Positions 13,798 to 29,800 of a stretch of DNA of 64,000 bases are shown one piece after another. This DNA comes from the human T2T-CHM13v2.0 reference genome, Homo sapiens. Made by a program: the position numbers and the translations under genes. Location of the stretch: assembly GCF_009914755.1 (NCBI RefSeq), contig NC_060939.1, one strand, 5' to 3'. A model generated the notes under the pieces. The model ran no database searches. It saw only the letters and a program-made list of their open reading frames with translations, and had not been told where the DNA came from. The first letter of the stretch is position 1, and every line of letters begins with the position of its first letter.

Positions 13798-14324
13798 TAT
13801 TAGCATCTGTCTTGTCACTTCACAAAATTTTAATTGTGCTGCTGCTATTTGCAGGGCATTACGCTGGATGCTAAGGAAAACAGAGACAAAGGTATTGGGT
13901 CTTGTAGGAAAGGTAAACTTGTGCACATCAAAACTAAGTGTAATTGTATGCCTCTGTTAAAATCCTTTAGGGATGAGGCTTACACTGCCCTAGAGACCTC
14001 CATAAAGCAGCTAATAATCTTTCCAGGGCATGAAGCAAGAAAGACCCTGTCTTAGGCAGCAAATGTTCCTTTTGATAACTTCTAGAACTAGGGCTGAGGA
14101 ATTGGAGAAGAGAAAGGCATTTAACAAGCGGCAAATGCCAGGGGACATGAGGAACAGTTCTTCTGTAGCCCAGTGTTTTCCAGCAGCTTCACCTGAACTT
14201 CACCTGGGTGAGATGAAGGGATGTTGTATTGGCCTTAGTATCCTTCATAGACCCATTATGACCCCACCGAGATTGAGTTCACTAGTATCTCTGGCTGGCT
14301 TTGGAACACACGAGGGTAAAGAAG

Positions 14325-14450
14325 GCTGGATTGTAAGCTCCTTGAGGGCAGGGACCTCGTCTCACTTGTTCACCTGTGCATCCCCAGTGCCAAGCACTGT
14401 ATCTAATACGTGATAAATGCAATATTTGTTGACAGATTGATTGAATAATG
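14325..14450 (+). mobile_element. L2 3' end
   Basis: TGTAAGCTCCTTGAGGGCAGGGACC...TATTTGTTGACAGATTGATTGAAT matches the L2 terminus. Confidence 0.8.
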
Positions 14451-14833
14451 AGGTAGGGTCAAAATAAAAAAGAAAACTTAATAAATCAACAAATAATGGA
14501 GTACGATTGATTGCATACCCACTAAGTTCTAGAAACTTTCTCATGTCTGATAAGTATTTTATAGATTACATTCTTCCACTTTGCCATAAAGCAATTTATT
14601 TTCTCTAAGATTGCATTTTTTCCAGCTATAAAATGGACATGATGACTTTTTAAACCACTTACATCACAGTGGTGTTGGTGAGGGGCAGATAAGATAACAT
14701 AGATGAAAGTGATTTGGAAATTCTGGAGTAGTCCACCCAATAGAACCATGTATGTGTTCAATGTGATTATCACGCCAACGTGGCTATTGAGTACTTGAGA
14801 CACAACTAGTATGAGGGAGGAACTGGAATTTTT

Positions 14834-16702
<1,869 letters not shown>

Positions 16703-17318
16703 GGAACTGCATTTTTAATTTCATCTAACTTCAATTAACTTAACATTAAATAGCCACACGTGGCCACTGGTCACTGCATTTGACAATGCAGACTGTTAAT
16801 GTTAAGTTTTACTCTTTTGACTTCCTAAGCCCATCCTCACATGGTTACTCATTCACAGATTTCAGGATCTATAAATATTTATTTTGTATCTGCCATGTGA
16901 AAGACCTGTAGGAAATTCTAAGATGAATCAGATAGATTGTACATCCTTTATGAAAAGCTAAGACAAGTTCATAAGCACCTGTACTTTGCCATAGAATGGG
17001 TTCAGGGTCTCAGAAGAAGAAGCCAATATTTCTTGTTGGAGAAATCAGAGAAGGCTTCCTTGCAAAGGAGGCATTTCATGAGTTGTTTTTGCTGGATTCA
17101 GGACTACTGATACAAATTTGGGAAGTGGTTATGGGAGTAGATGAACTTTTTGCAAAGAAAGTTGAGGTTGCTGACTCCATTTGTATTCTCCAGGTGGACC
17201 TATTCTTAGTGTTGCACACAAACATGTTTTCATTAAGGAAATGCATAAGAATCTTCTCTGTCAAGGCAATGTGCCACATGGAATCTATCTCACACATACA
17301 TAATTTTTCACCTCATAT

Positions 17319-17509
17319 TGGTGGTTTTCAAAGTGTGGTCTTCAGACCAGCAGCATCAGCGTCCCCTGATGGACTTAATAGAGATGCAGATTCTCAGGCC
17401 TCAGCCAGACTTAGCTGAGTTACAAACTCTGGGGGTGGGGTCCAGCAATCTGTGCTGTCACGAGTCACCCTGATGATTCTGATGCACACTCAAGTTTGAG
17501 AATAACTGT
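17319..17509. mobile_element. MER5A hAT MITE
   Basis: GTGGTTTTCAAAGTGTGGTC...CAAGTTTGAGAATAACTG. Confidence 0.85.
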
Positions 17510-18127
17510 CCTATATTCAAGACCACCTGATTAATAAATGCACTTATGTGAATGCCATAAATCCTAAAAGAGGGCTTTTCTGGGAGATGAGACCTATACT
17601 TCTGTGGGCCTAACTATCATTTGACTTATTATTTCAGCACAATCACAAAATTCCCAGCACCATGTAAGAAACCCTATCATAACTAAGGATATGTATGTCT
17701 GATCATTTTGGTAGTAGTTATATAGAAAGGGCTTTTTCTCTGTTTTTCCACAAAAACTTGGAGAGAGCTTAAATTTGAAAATTAAAAAAAAAAAAAGGAA
17801 AGGAAAAGGAAAAAAAAAAAGCTGTCAAACTAGCCTGGGGCACTGATGATTCAGAATGCCAGCTCTGCCCTGGTGAGGATAGATATTTAGATGGCAGCCC
17901 TGTGTGAAACTGAGTAAGAAATCAGCAGGAAATATTTTCTGCTTAACAGATCAGAAGGGTGACAAAGACAGTAGCACTGTTCCAAAAAGCTACATCATGG
18001 CAGGCATGATGGGTCAAACCTTCCTTTAGAAAAAGTTATAAGTTGTCTTTTTCTCTCACGCAAGAAGAAATGTTCAATTATCCACAATGTTGGCCATCTC
18101 ACTAAATAATCTTTTTCTTATTTTAGG

Positions 18128-18555
18128 TATGTCAGTTACCTCTTACACAAAAATGCTGCCTAGCAAACCACCCCCAAACTCAGTGGCTTACAGCAATAAC
18201 ACTTCCTTCCCATTCTTATGTCTATGGGCAGGCTAGGGTTCAGCTACATTTGGCTCCAGGCTGGTAATTGGGTTTGGTTCTGCTGTATGTGTCTCTTCCT
18301 AGGACAGTGGTTGACTGAAGCACGCTCTTCTGGCAAAAAAAGCAGGTGCACATAAGAGCAAGCCCATCTGCCAAGCAGCTGTCAAATCTTAGCACACATC
18401 ACATTTATGAACACTCCATTGGCCAAAACAAACCACATGGCCAAATCCACAGTCAAAAGGTGGGGAAATATCTTCTGCCCACCAAGAGATTATAGCAAGG
18501 GTGTCACTGCATAGCCCTACTACAGGGGAGTGAACGACCGAGGACAATCATTCAG
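18128..18555. mobile_element. MLT1-type (MaLR) LTR
   Basis: AACCACCCCCAAACTCAGTGGCTTA... and CCATTGGCCAAAACAAACCACATGGCC motifs typical of MLT1. Confidence 0.7.
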
Positions 18556-18581
18556 TCACCCAGGATGGCTTATCACTAAAT

Positions 18582-18756
18582 CAGAAGTTCTCAAGCTTGG
18601 CTGCACATTGTAATCACTGGGGAAGCTTTACAAAGTTCTGATGCCTGGGTCCCACCCCCAGAGATTGTGGCTTAATTGGTTTGGGGTGCAGCCCAGGCTG
18701 AGAGTAGTAAAAGCTCCCCAGGTAATTCGAATGAGCAGCCAAGTCTAAGAACCATT
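18582..18756. mobile_element. MER5-family (MER5B-like) MITE
   Basis: CAGAAGTTCTCAAGCTTGGCTGCACATT...CAGCCAAGTCTAAGAACCATTG. Confidence 0.8.
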
Positions 18757-21700
18757 GGTGTTAAACCAAATGCTGTTGATTAAACAAACGTAATTTTGAC
18801 TACTGCTTTGGGGAGGACCCTTTCCCGTTCATTTTGGGAACTCCCCATCTTTTAAAACCTTTTGCAATTAAAGCACATTACTGTGTCAGATGCAATTTCA
18901 GTTCCCTCCAGTAAGCAGCCTCGGGTCAGGTTCATAAAGAGGTATCATCAGAGATTTTCTTAGTGTTGAATTCTAATGAATTGTTGGTGATTCTGTGTGT
19001 TACTTATCTATCGTTAAAGTGGAAACGCTGGTGTGGGTGCTAATTGCTGTCTACATTTCCAAAGAATCCTTGTATGGGAGTGGAGCATCTTGCTGTATCA
19101 TTAGAAGTTAGGATCTATCTTCTCAAGGCATAGGATAGTTGCTCAGATAATGTACATTTTATTTTGCTTTTTGTTTATTTTTGTATTTTCTATATGTAAA
19201 TACATTGAGAAAGATTTCCTTTTTTGGGTGACTTCTGGCACTCAAAATTCTATAAATACATGGAAGTTGTAAAGGAGCTTATAAAGGTTTTGAGGACCTT
19301 ATAAAGATATCTTCTAAGGTTTTGTTTATTTTATTTTATTTTTGCCATACATTTTGGAAAGCGATGCATGGAGCTGATTACAACTGGCACCGTCATCGTT
19401 TATAAGCCATGTTTCTTCCCATAGGAGATTTTGCCACTTAAGGGTCTCTGTATATTTTTAGTCTTAAAATGTTTCATGTTATTTATTCCATCACTAATTT
19501 TATTTCACAGTTTTCAGCTTGGGATATTTTTAAACTTGTTTATGACACTGTAAAAATAAAAATATTGCATTATACCCCCTTTTCTGACTTTTTTTTCTGT
19601 GTGTAAGGAAAACAATATTTTAAGGACCAATCTATGTTTTAGAAAATCCTTCATATCTTTCATGGATCTTCTAGACATAGTGATCAAGTAAAAAACATCC
19701 TCCCACAATGTCCCAATATGATGTCTGGCTCATAGAGAGCTCCTTTGTTGGAAAAAGAAGAAGATAAATAATCAGTCTGCATATTATTTCACTCCTCAAT
19801 TGATTGCTGGCTGTCAGGATGCTTGAGATTTTGAATAACCAATCAAATTATTAATTTTTGGATGAAATTCCATAACGCTTTGGCTAATTATTGATGCATA
19901 TGCAGATTAGGGGGAGCTCTGTGTAGAGCAACAAAAATGTCAGTGTCTAAGAAGAAGAAAAAAAGATACATCTGCCCTGCGCATGAGTCACTGGGAACAT
20001 ATTGGATACATTTATCCGAGTAGGAAGCACTATAGAGTCAATAACATTTCACTTTGACACTTCACATCCAAAAGTTAGATCCACAAATATTTTCTTCCTG
20101 GGGACATGTGGTCATAATAAAGAAAATAAAGCTTTGGGACTACACAGCTGTTACCCTTCATATTTATTCCTTGATGACATGCCCCACCAAAAAATGCATC
20201 ATCAGGTACCAACTACCTTTTTACTGCAGGGGGCTGAAGGCAGGTGTCCTAGAACTGCTGCCAAAAAGCTGTGTGACTTTGGAGAAGTTGCTGAACATCT
20301 CTGAGTTTCAGTTTTTTTTTTTTCATCTGATAGATTAAATGGTTTCCAAACCACCCCCTGCAATTCATTTTAATTGCCTAGAGAATACTTGGCGCTACAG
20401 AAGACACAGTGTTGGAGGGAGCTGTGTTTCAAGAGATGGATAAAAGCAGATGTTCAATATGAAAGATGTTATGGGTGGAATGTTCTGGTGCTGAAGACAT
20501 TCATTAAACCAATACATAACACTAGACACTTGGAAAATAGACAGGGTCCTTAAGTGACAGGAGGAAACCAGTGAGGTCAGTGAGGAATTGGCCAAAGTCA
20601 CTCACAGAGTTGGTAACTGAATGAAAGAAGGACCTGGAACTCAAAACCCCCATTAGTGCCCTTTCCTCTGCCCCAGGCTGCTTCTTTGGCCCAAGTTCAG
20701 CAGCCTTGAGATTTACTGGCAGCTCTCACTGTTTGGCTGCTGAAGGGGCACTTTAACTTACCCTTTGTTTTAGTGTAAGCAAAGGGATCTTTGAGGGCAG
20801 ACACAGCCTACCAGATTGGAGACAAAATCATCCCATTGAATGTGGACCGAAGTATGGCCAGTCTTTCAAGTTCACTGTCAGCTGCACTGTAACCAAATGA
20901 TCGTACAAGGTCAGCAATCAGTCCTGGTCTTAACCAAGCGTTCAGGCTGGATTTGAGTTTATTTGACTGTACTTCCTTGATCCATTTGGGCAAATGGTGC
21001 CACTTTTCAATCTCAGGGGTGCCCCAACACTGCCTCCAGAGAAGATGTGGTTAAGACTCGGAACCCTTGCCTTCACTCTTGGGCTTGGGCCTCAGGGGGA
21101 GATATCAGCATGCCTTGAAACATACTAGGGTTGTTACTTGCATTATCACGTGGAATCCTCAGTGCTAGGAACTGAGTGGTGGAATCCTTGCTTGGCAAAG
21201 AAACAGCCCAGATGTATTAAGGGGTTTGACCAAAGCTCTGTGGTTAATATTCAACAAACATAGGCTGTCACCCTAGGTCTGTCTAGTTCCAGTGCCCATG
21301 TTCTTCCCACAACACATTTTCTCTCTAATGCAAAAATAATAAAATGAAAATAAAAGATTAGGCTGAAATCTCAGGCTACGGAAAAGAAAAGGGGAAAAAA
21401 AAGATGAGTTAGTGAAAATAAGTAAGAATTTTAAAACCAGGGTCCAAATTCCAGGTCCTTCTTCTTGATCATCATCCCATCCTCTTCAGCACACACTAGA
21501 TATTGCTATACAACTAATGACTACTGACCACTCACCCTTCAAGTGCTTTATACTTATTTCCTGTACTTTACAAATATTTCCCACATGGTAATGCAATGAG
21601 GCAGCTACTGTTATTACTCGTGGTGTGGTCGAGGAAACTGGAACACAGGGAGAAGATAAATAGCATGACCAAAATTATGCAACTCATGGTGTCAGAGATG

Positions 21701-21805
21701 ACATGTGCCATTGCCCCCTCCCCATTTCAGACTGACACCAGGTTTGCCCTTGACCACTCAATGAACCTGCCAAATTGTTTAAAGTTCCCAGATAAATCAC
21801 TTTCC

Positions 21806-22896
21806 TACTGGGGGAACCTGCCCCCAATAGTCACATAGTTTCTTTTCTTTTTTCCCTAAGTGTCAGCCGGTCTGAGAAGTAAAGGGACAGAGTACAAAAG
21901 GAGAAATTTTACAGCTGTGTGTCTGGGAAAGGCTTCACGTGGCAGCAGATTCCATGATACCCCCCAAGCTGCAAAACCAGCAAGTTTTTATTAGTGATTT
22001 TCAAAAGGGGAGGGAGTGTATGAACAGGGTGTGGGTCACAGAGATCACATGCTTCACATGGTAATAGAATATCACAAAGGAAATGGAGGCAGGGTGAGAC
22101 CACAGGACCAGGGTGAAATTAAAATTGCTAATGAAGTTTTGGGCATGCATTGTCATTGATAACATCTTATCAGGAGACAGGGTTTGAGAGCAGACAACCA
22201 GTCTGACCAAAATTTATTAGGCGGGAATTTCTTCGTCCTAATAAGCCTGGGGGCACTACGGGAAACTGGGGCTTATTTCATCCCTACAGCTGCAACCGTA
22301 AAAGACAGCCACCCCCAAAGCGGCCATTTCAGAGGCCTACCCTCAGGGATGCATTCTCTTTCTCAGGGATGTTCATAGCTAAGCAAAAGAATTCAGCGAT
22401 ATTTCTCCCATTTGCTTTTGAAAGAAGAGAAATATGGCTCTGTTCTGTCTGGCTCACCAGCAGTCAGAGTTTAAGGTTATCTCTCTTGTTCCCTGAACAT
22501 TGCTGTTATCTTGTTCTTTTTTCAAGGTGGCCAGATTTCATATTGTTCAAACACACATGCTCTACAAACAATTTGTGCAATTAACGCAATCATCACAGGG
22601 TCCTGAGGTGACATACATCCTCCTCAGCTTACGAAGATGATGGGATTAAGAGATTAAAGTAAAGACAGGCATAGGAAATCACAAGGGTATTGATTAGGGA
22701 AGTGATAAGTGTCCATGTCCATGTCCATGAAATCTTCACAATTTATGTTCAGAGATTGCAGTAAAGACAGGCGTAAGAAATTATAAAAGTATTAATTTGG
22801 GGAACTAATAAATGTCCACGAAATCTTCACAATTTATGTTCTTCTGCCATGGCTTCAGCCAGTCCCTCCGTTTGGGATCCCTGACTTCCTGCAACA
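21806..22896 (-). mobile_element. MER11 (HERV-K11/HML-8) solo LTR
   Basis: Minus strand begins TGTTGCAGGAAGTCAGGGA...GCTGAAGCCATGGCAGAAGAACATAAATTGTGAAGATTTC (MER11 start); ~1.09 kb; perfect 6-bp TSD CTTTCC at 21800-21805 and 22897-22902; interrupts a MIR. Confidence 0.92.
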
Positions 22897-22978
22897 CTTT
22901 CCCTCCTGGACATCAGCTTCCTTGTCAATCAAACAAGGAGGCTAGACTAGATTCATAAGGTCCTTTGCAAACCTATCA

Positions 22979-23106
22979 TTTGTTAAATTTGTGTAGGACA
23001 AAAAGACTAAGAAAGATATATGATTAAGAAGAAACTAGAGTAAGAAGAGAAGGAAGAGGAAAAGCAGTGGACCAGGGCAGCGGGGATGTGCCTCTTTCCC
23101 CACATT
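22979..23106 (+). repeat. Donor arm of a local inverted duplication
   Basis: Reverse complement of 25116-25252 with about 7-8 substitutions and one 9-bp indel. Confidence 0.92.
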
Positions 23107-23902
23107 GCCTATTTTATTGCTACCCTAAAGGAATCCTTCCACATTCTGGTCAGCAGAATTTTCTTAAGGCAAAGGGCCCTGGCTTTTCAGGTTTTGAGAG
23201 ATCTTAAAGAGCCAGAAATTCAAGTCCTGTGTTCTAGGGACAGAAAAACCTGGATTCAAGTTTAGGTTTTTCTCTGATCAGCTCTGTGACATCAGGTGAG
23301 TCATTGCTTCTCCTGGGCCTTAGAACCCTCATTACTAAGATGATGGCCTCAGTAACCACAAAGTCCTTTTCTGTTTTTATAGATAGTGATTCTGTGGAAA
23401 GTATGAGTACTTCCCCCACAGAACTCTGAAGTGTTTACAGTATGGGCTTCTCTGGGTTAAGGCACAGAAGACTATCACTAGACTGTGACTTTTATGCAAA
23501 AGGAAGTACATTAAATCTATATGTACCATTAACCCCTCACTAGTCATTTGTTTTGCTTATTCATATGATTATATCATCATTTCCTCCACTGACAAATTAG
23601 TTACCATTTACTGTGGGGCACATAAGTGTGAGGCATTTTACCAGGTAATGACGATGAAGCTATGACAGCCTAGAGTCTCAGCTCAAGATGCTAGTTGAGG
23701 GGGCAGAGGTGGGCATGATGTGGGAATGTGATAAGAGGTATGCATGAGAATTCGTGTATTTGTTTGACCCCATTCATCAGAGATCAGAGTCATCATCATC
23801 CATTAGCAAGTTTTGCTATGCAAAGAGCAGGGGTTTAGAATCTCAGGACATGTGTTGAGATGGCAAGCTCTTTTACCCTGATAAGTCTTTCTCCATGCTA
23901 GA

Positions 23903-24640
<738 letters not shown>

Positions 24641-24783
24641 CAGGACCTTCAGCTCCTCAGTTGAAAGGGAAATAACTATTCTACTTTTGCAAGACCGTTG
24701 TGAGTATTAAAATCATGTAGCAACATTTCGAACATTTTAAAGCACTCACAGATATAAGGCACTATTATCCCTCTACTATAAAG

Positions 24784-24962
24784 CAGAGATTCTCAAATTG
24801 AGTGAGGATCAGAGTCCCTTAGATGGCTTGTTAAAACAGATTTCTGGGCCCCAGAGTTTCTCATTCAGTATGTCTGGGTGAAGTCAGAGAATTCCTTTGT
24901 CCAAAAAGGTCCCAGGTGCTGCTGCTGATGGTGGCTCAGGATCATGCTTTGAGAATCCGTGT
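24784..24962. mobile_element. MER5A-like MITE
   Basis: CAGAGATTCTCAAATT...TTGTTAAAACAGATTTCTGGGCCC...CTTTGAGAATC. Confidence 0.75.
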
Positions 24963-25115
24963 TCCAGACTATGAGTTTCTTGTGCGTAAGGACCATGTCT
25001 TATTTCTGTTTACATCTCTAGCACTTCAGTGCCTGGTGTGCACAGTAGATAGTGAATAATAACAGCTAATCTTTATTCTATACTGAGCACATTATTAATT
25101 CTTTTACATGGATTT

Positions 25116-25252
25116 AATGTGGGGAAAGAGGCACACCCCCACTGCCCTGGTCCACTGCTTTTCCTTTTCTTCCTCCTCCTTCTCTTCTTACTCTAGTTTC
25201 TTCCTAATCATGTATCTTTCCTTGTCTTTTTGTCCTACACGAATTTAACAAA
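25116..25252 (-). repeat. Inserted inverted copy of 22979-23106, inside a MIR
   Basis: Direct alignment by eye; MIR sequence continues on both sides (CTTTTACATGGATT...TTAATCCT). Confidence 0.9.
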
Positions 25253-26504
25253 GTAAGGACCTTTAATCCTTACTGTAACATCATGAAGGAGGTACCATTA
25301 TTACCCCTATTTTACAGATGGATAAAGTGAGGCATAGATGCAGAAGACTAGTAAATGTGAAGCCAAGATTCGAACTCAGATTTATGTCATTCAAGAACCT
25401 GTGCAATTAACTAAAACTTTATTCTGAATGTAAGTGGTTGCTGATTGTTTGTTGAATGAATGCATATAAGATTCTAAAGGAAGGACAAATAACACAGTTG
25501 TATGCCAATGAGTTAAAAAAGACAAGGCAGAGCTAAAGCATGGGCCAACTCCTTGGGAATGTAGTCCAGGAAAAGCCCTTGACACTGGGGATCCTGGGCA
25601 GAAAAGTAGCAGGCAGCACAGCAGGCCCCCTAGGGAGGGAAGATCCTCAGGGAGGTAACTCTAACCAAGGGGAAACAGCTTACACTCAGGAGCTCCAGTT
25701 CACCTCCCTTACTCATTGGCCTTGGCTTATCTTTCACTGACACAGCAGCCCTGCATGAGATGTGATGAAAACATAAGAGCACCAAGGGGCCTCATTCTCC
25801 CCATTTTCCACCCTCGGCTGTCCATGCATTGCAGGGAGAATTCTGAGCATGCATCCCTTGATGTGAAGGAAGCCTCTTTACAGATGTGCATTCACTCTCT
25901 AAGTCACCAGGGTACCATTTGGTAAATTGCTGCTGCAAAGCAGTGAATAGTACCCTGATGGCCTCACAGACTGACTGTATCCCTAAAAGTGTTTAATTTA
26001 TCTCTGGGGGGAATTTACACCCTGGGAAAATCTGCTTAAATGTACAAATGAATCTTCTAACCAGCCAAGATTGAAGATATCATAAAATAATAAAGCCAGA
26101 AGGCACTCCCTGAAAGCAACAGGTTCATCCCTCTCCTGGCACACACTCACTACACAGTCTCAGGCGGGTGGATGTCCCTGGTGATTTCAGAAGAGCAGAG
26201 GAAGGAGGTTCCAGGATGTCATTCCACCTCTCTGATCCTCAGAATATTTTTGCTCACCTCACTTAAATCCCTTCAGCAGTAGCTTCGGCTCATTTCAGTC
26301 TTCTCAGCCCCCAGTGAAGATGGAGGACAGATGATCAGCAGCACCCTCTGAGTAAGAATGTTCTTAAGCATGATGACAGCCAGTAAACTTCTAGTAGGTC
26401 TAAACCTTTTAGGGTTAAGCCCGAGTTTAATGACTTTTCTTTCCATTCCTTGATGTAAAATTAAAATGCCAAGAATCACTCTCTCATTGGACAATTTCAA
26501 TAGC

Positions 26505-26865
26505 ATCTCAATCAGGATAGACTACGTCACAAGGTTGTAGTCACCAACCACCAACTCTTAATAGCTTATAGCAACCGAGGTTTGGGTCTTACTCACACCA
26601 GTGTTCGCTGCAGGTCAGCAGTGTGGGCTCTGCTCTTCACAGTCATATTTCAAACATTATTGGTCACTGGACCAGTGGGAAATCATGCATGGACTCTTGC
26701 AGCTTTCACCTGGAGGTGAGAGTTGTCACTTCTATTCACATTGCATTAGCCAAAGCAAGTCACATGGGCTCACCTAACTCAAGAAGGCAGGTAAGGGAAA
26801 TCCTAACATGTTCCCAGAAGGGAGCATGGGAAATACTTGGTAAATCAGCACTAATGACAACCACA
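26505..26865. mobile_element. MLT1-type LTR
   Basis: CACATTGCATTAGCCAAAGCAAGTCACATGG...AGCACTAATGACAACCACA. Confidence 0.65.
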
Positions 26866-29800
26866 AGGAACATTCCTGTGTGGGAACTTCTTTGAAAAGG
26901 TATTTTACATCACATACCTGGAAATACCTGGAAAAAAAGTTCAATGAAGTTGTGAGCATGTATATGCAACAGGAAGATGAATCTCCAGTTCTGTATTTTT
27001 ACTAGCACATGCACTTTTGGGGGGAGCTATGTCTATTACAAAAAATTAATATTTCCATCTCATGTAATAGGAACACATTCAAGGGGCAGTAGAGGAGGAG
27101 AGAGATGTAAATTCAAATGAGCTAGTGTCTGATTCTATACTACACATTGAGAGTAAAAAATGAATTAAGAAACTGTCCCTAGTCTTAAAGAACATAGAGT
27201 CCATCAAGGAGATCGTCAAATTAATACTTAAATTCACTATAATGCATTATACCATAATGGGTAAATATACAAGTTTTGGGATCAAAAAGACCTGAATAGG
27301 CATCCCAGTTTCTATCTACTCAAGTGTCTTCCTCACAGATTGTCCATAATCAGAGTGGCCTTCTTCAGAGGGCTTCTGAGAATTAAAGTAGGCAATCTAT
27401 GTAAAACATTTATAGCACATATTAGAGAAATGCTCAAAAGAACATTTTATTGGAATGAAGTTTCAGTCCATTACAGGAGCACAAAGGGGCCTTAGGCTAG
27501 GGCACTAGGGATGGTTTCCTGAAGAAAAGTGGCTCCTGCATTGTGTTTCGAAAGGTGAATAGGGTTTAGTTAAGGAAAAAAGGAAGTTAGAGGCCTTCAT
27601 AGCAGTAAAGATAATGCAGCCATGGTCCGGGACCTAAATCAGAACCAAGACATAGCTGGGTTCAAACCCCTGTTTTGCTATTTTTTAGCTATGTGACCAT
27701 GGGTAAGTAATGTCAACCCTCCAAGGCTCCGTTTTCTGATATATTCCTCATGGGGTTGTTATGAGTATTACAGTTCCAGCTAGCATTTGATTAACTGTAT
27801 ATGCAATAAATAAAGGCTTGAACTTGTGCAAGAATGGAAACATGAGATGCCAGTGCTTTTGCCTACACTACATTTTTACCAGTGCCTTGGATTTATAACA
27901 AAGAGCATGAGCTCACTGCCATTATTCCATGCACAGAAAATGTAAGAGAAAGGCAGTTTCATTGGCCAGGGTTGAGGGCAAGAGCGAGGAATAGAGCTTT
28001 GTGTTTGTTTTTTGTTACAAGTGGTAGGGTTCCTGTTAGCAAAGGAAGATAATTGACTTATAGTTTCCACCAAACTTAAGCTGCTTCAGTTTGTGCCAGA
28101 TGAAAATTAAATAACTAGCAAGGAATGCTCAACTCCAACATCCTCAGCCAACAGCCTGTTTCTCTATAAAGATGGGCCCCCAGGGAATGGAGATGGATGT
28201 AACTGCAATTAAATAGGTGCATAAACCTTGCAGAGAGCTGTCACCGCAGTGCCAGAGCTTGGCTGGGATCTATTCTAGAGCATTCATCACCCCCATTCAT
28301 GGTTTGCTCCAAGGGAAAGTGCATCAAAATGGTGGTGAGCATTCCCAGATCTGCCCATTCTTAAAAAAATAAAAGTCCAATAAAAATGTCATTCTAAAAT
28401 GTTGTCCATGAAAGATGATTGTTTCACAAAATATAGTAGAGAGGGTCTGATGTTTCTTTTAAGGTTTCAAAGTCATAGGCCCCAACCAAAGATGTGAAAA
28501 GATATATATTTTATCACCTTACCTGAAATTCTCACAGTCACTACTATCTTGCCTGTAAATAGAAATGTAGGCCTCCTATGCACACTTATTGAGTATTTAC
28601 TGTGTTCTATACCCAGTGTCAAGTTCCGTGCATGTAATACTGAGTAAAATATAAGCCCTCCCTGTGGCTTTACATAATTCAAGACTAGGTTCAGCTCTAC
28701 ATAAAAGAAATCTATTCAAAACAATGTTTTAAACTACCTAGAAGTTAATTCTGTTTCTTGGATAAAAGAAGAGGAGCATGAAGTTGAGGACTGACATCCC
28801 AGCTCCATGAAGTCAGGAGCCCTGACTACTCCTGTCTTGTTGCTCTGGCCTCTTTTACATGATACCATACAGTACAATATGGCTGCTTTAGCTCCAGCCA
28901 TCACATTCACATCTCAGTAATCAAAAAAGAAGTAAAGGCAAGAATATTAATGCTTCTTCCCTTTAAAGACATTTCACAAAACCCAGATACTTCCGAGTTT
29001 CAAGGAAAGCTAGTAATTATATAGTTTTTATTCTGGGTTGTCACGTACTCAGCTAATAATTGGGAGTTCTGTTACTAAGGAAGAAGGCAAAAACTGATAT
29101 TGAAGGACAATTAACAGCTTTGCCACAGGATTAAAAATCTTGCTTTTTTTCTTTTCTGCATTGTCTTATTTATAACCAAACCACTGAAGTAGCACCATTC
29201 TCCTCCAAGAAGAAGAAAAAGCCCTAGGCACAAGTGTATTACAGGAAGAAAATTGTCTTGATTTTTACTATCTTTCAGATTAATAACAGCTGAAAGTTTT
29301 GTATGAAAACCACAATGGGAAAATATAAAAATATCAGAGATATTTTAAGGATGTCCCTCCAGGAGATCATTGTTTAACCTCTTGGGGAAAAATAAGTGTA
29401 GATGTTTACTTCATGCTGTAAATAAAAACAAAATCCCTGAAGATAAAAAATTCAAATACGAAAAACATGAAGTATTCCACAAGTAAATTTAGGGTGTTAT
29501 ATATTTAATCTTGTGGTGAATAGGGTCATAAACAGATCACACACACATATATCACACACACACACACATACACACAAATATATACATGCAACACCATGCA
29601 CAGAGATGACGTACTAGGTAACGTATTTGAAATGGTAATATAATAATAGCCTAATGTAAGAAAATGATGAAAACTCCAAGTGTAAAAACGACAAAGGCAA
29701 TTTACCAAATAATTACATTTAATTTACATGAGTTTAAACATAATTTTGCCAAAAACAAATAAAAAGGAGATAAAAATCCCAAGGAAAATAATTGGAGTTA

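Noticed and set aside
16996-17418. 140-aa plus-strand ORF
   Set aside because: Runs from L2-like sequence into MER5A; no recognisable domain or splice structure.
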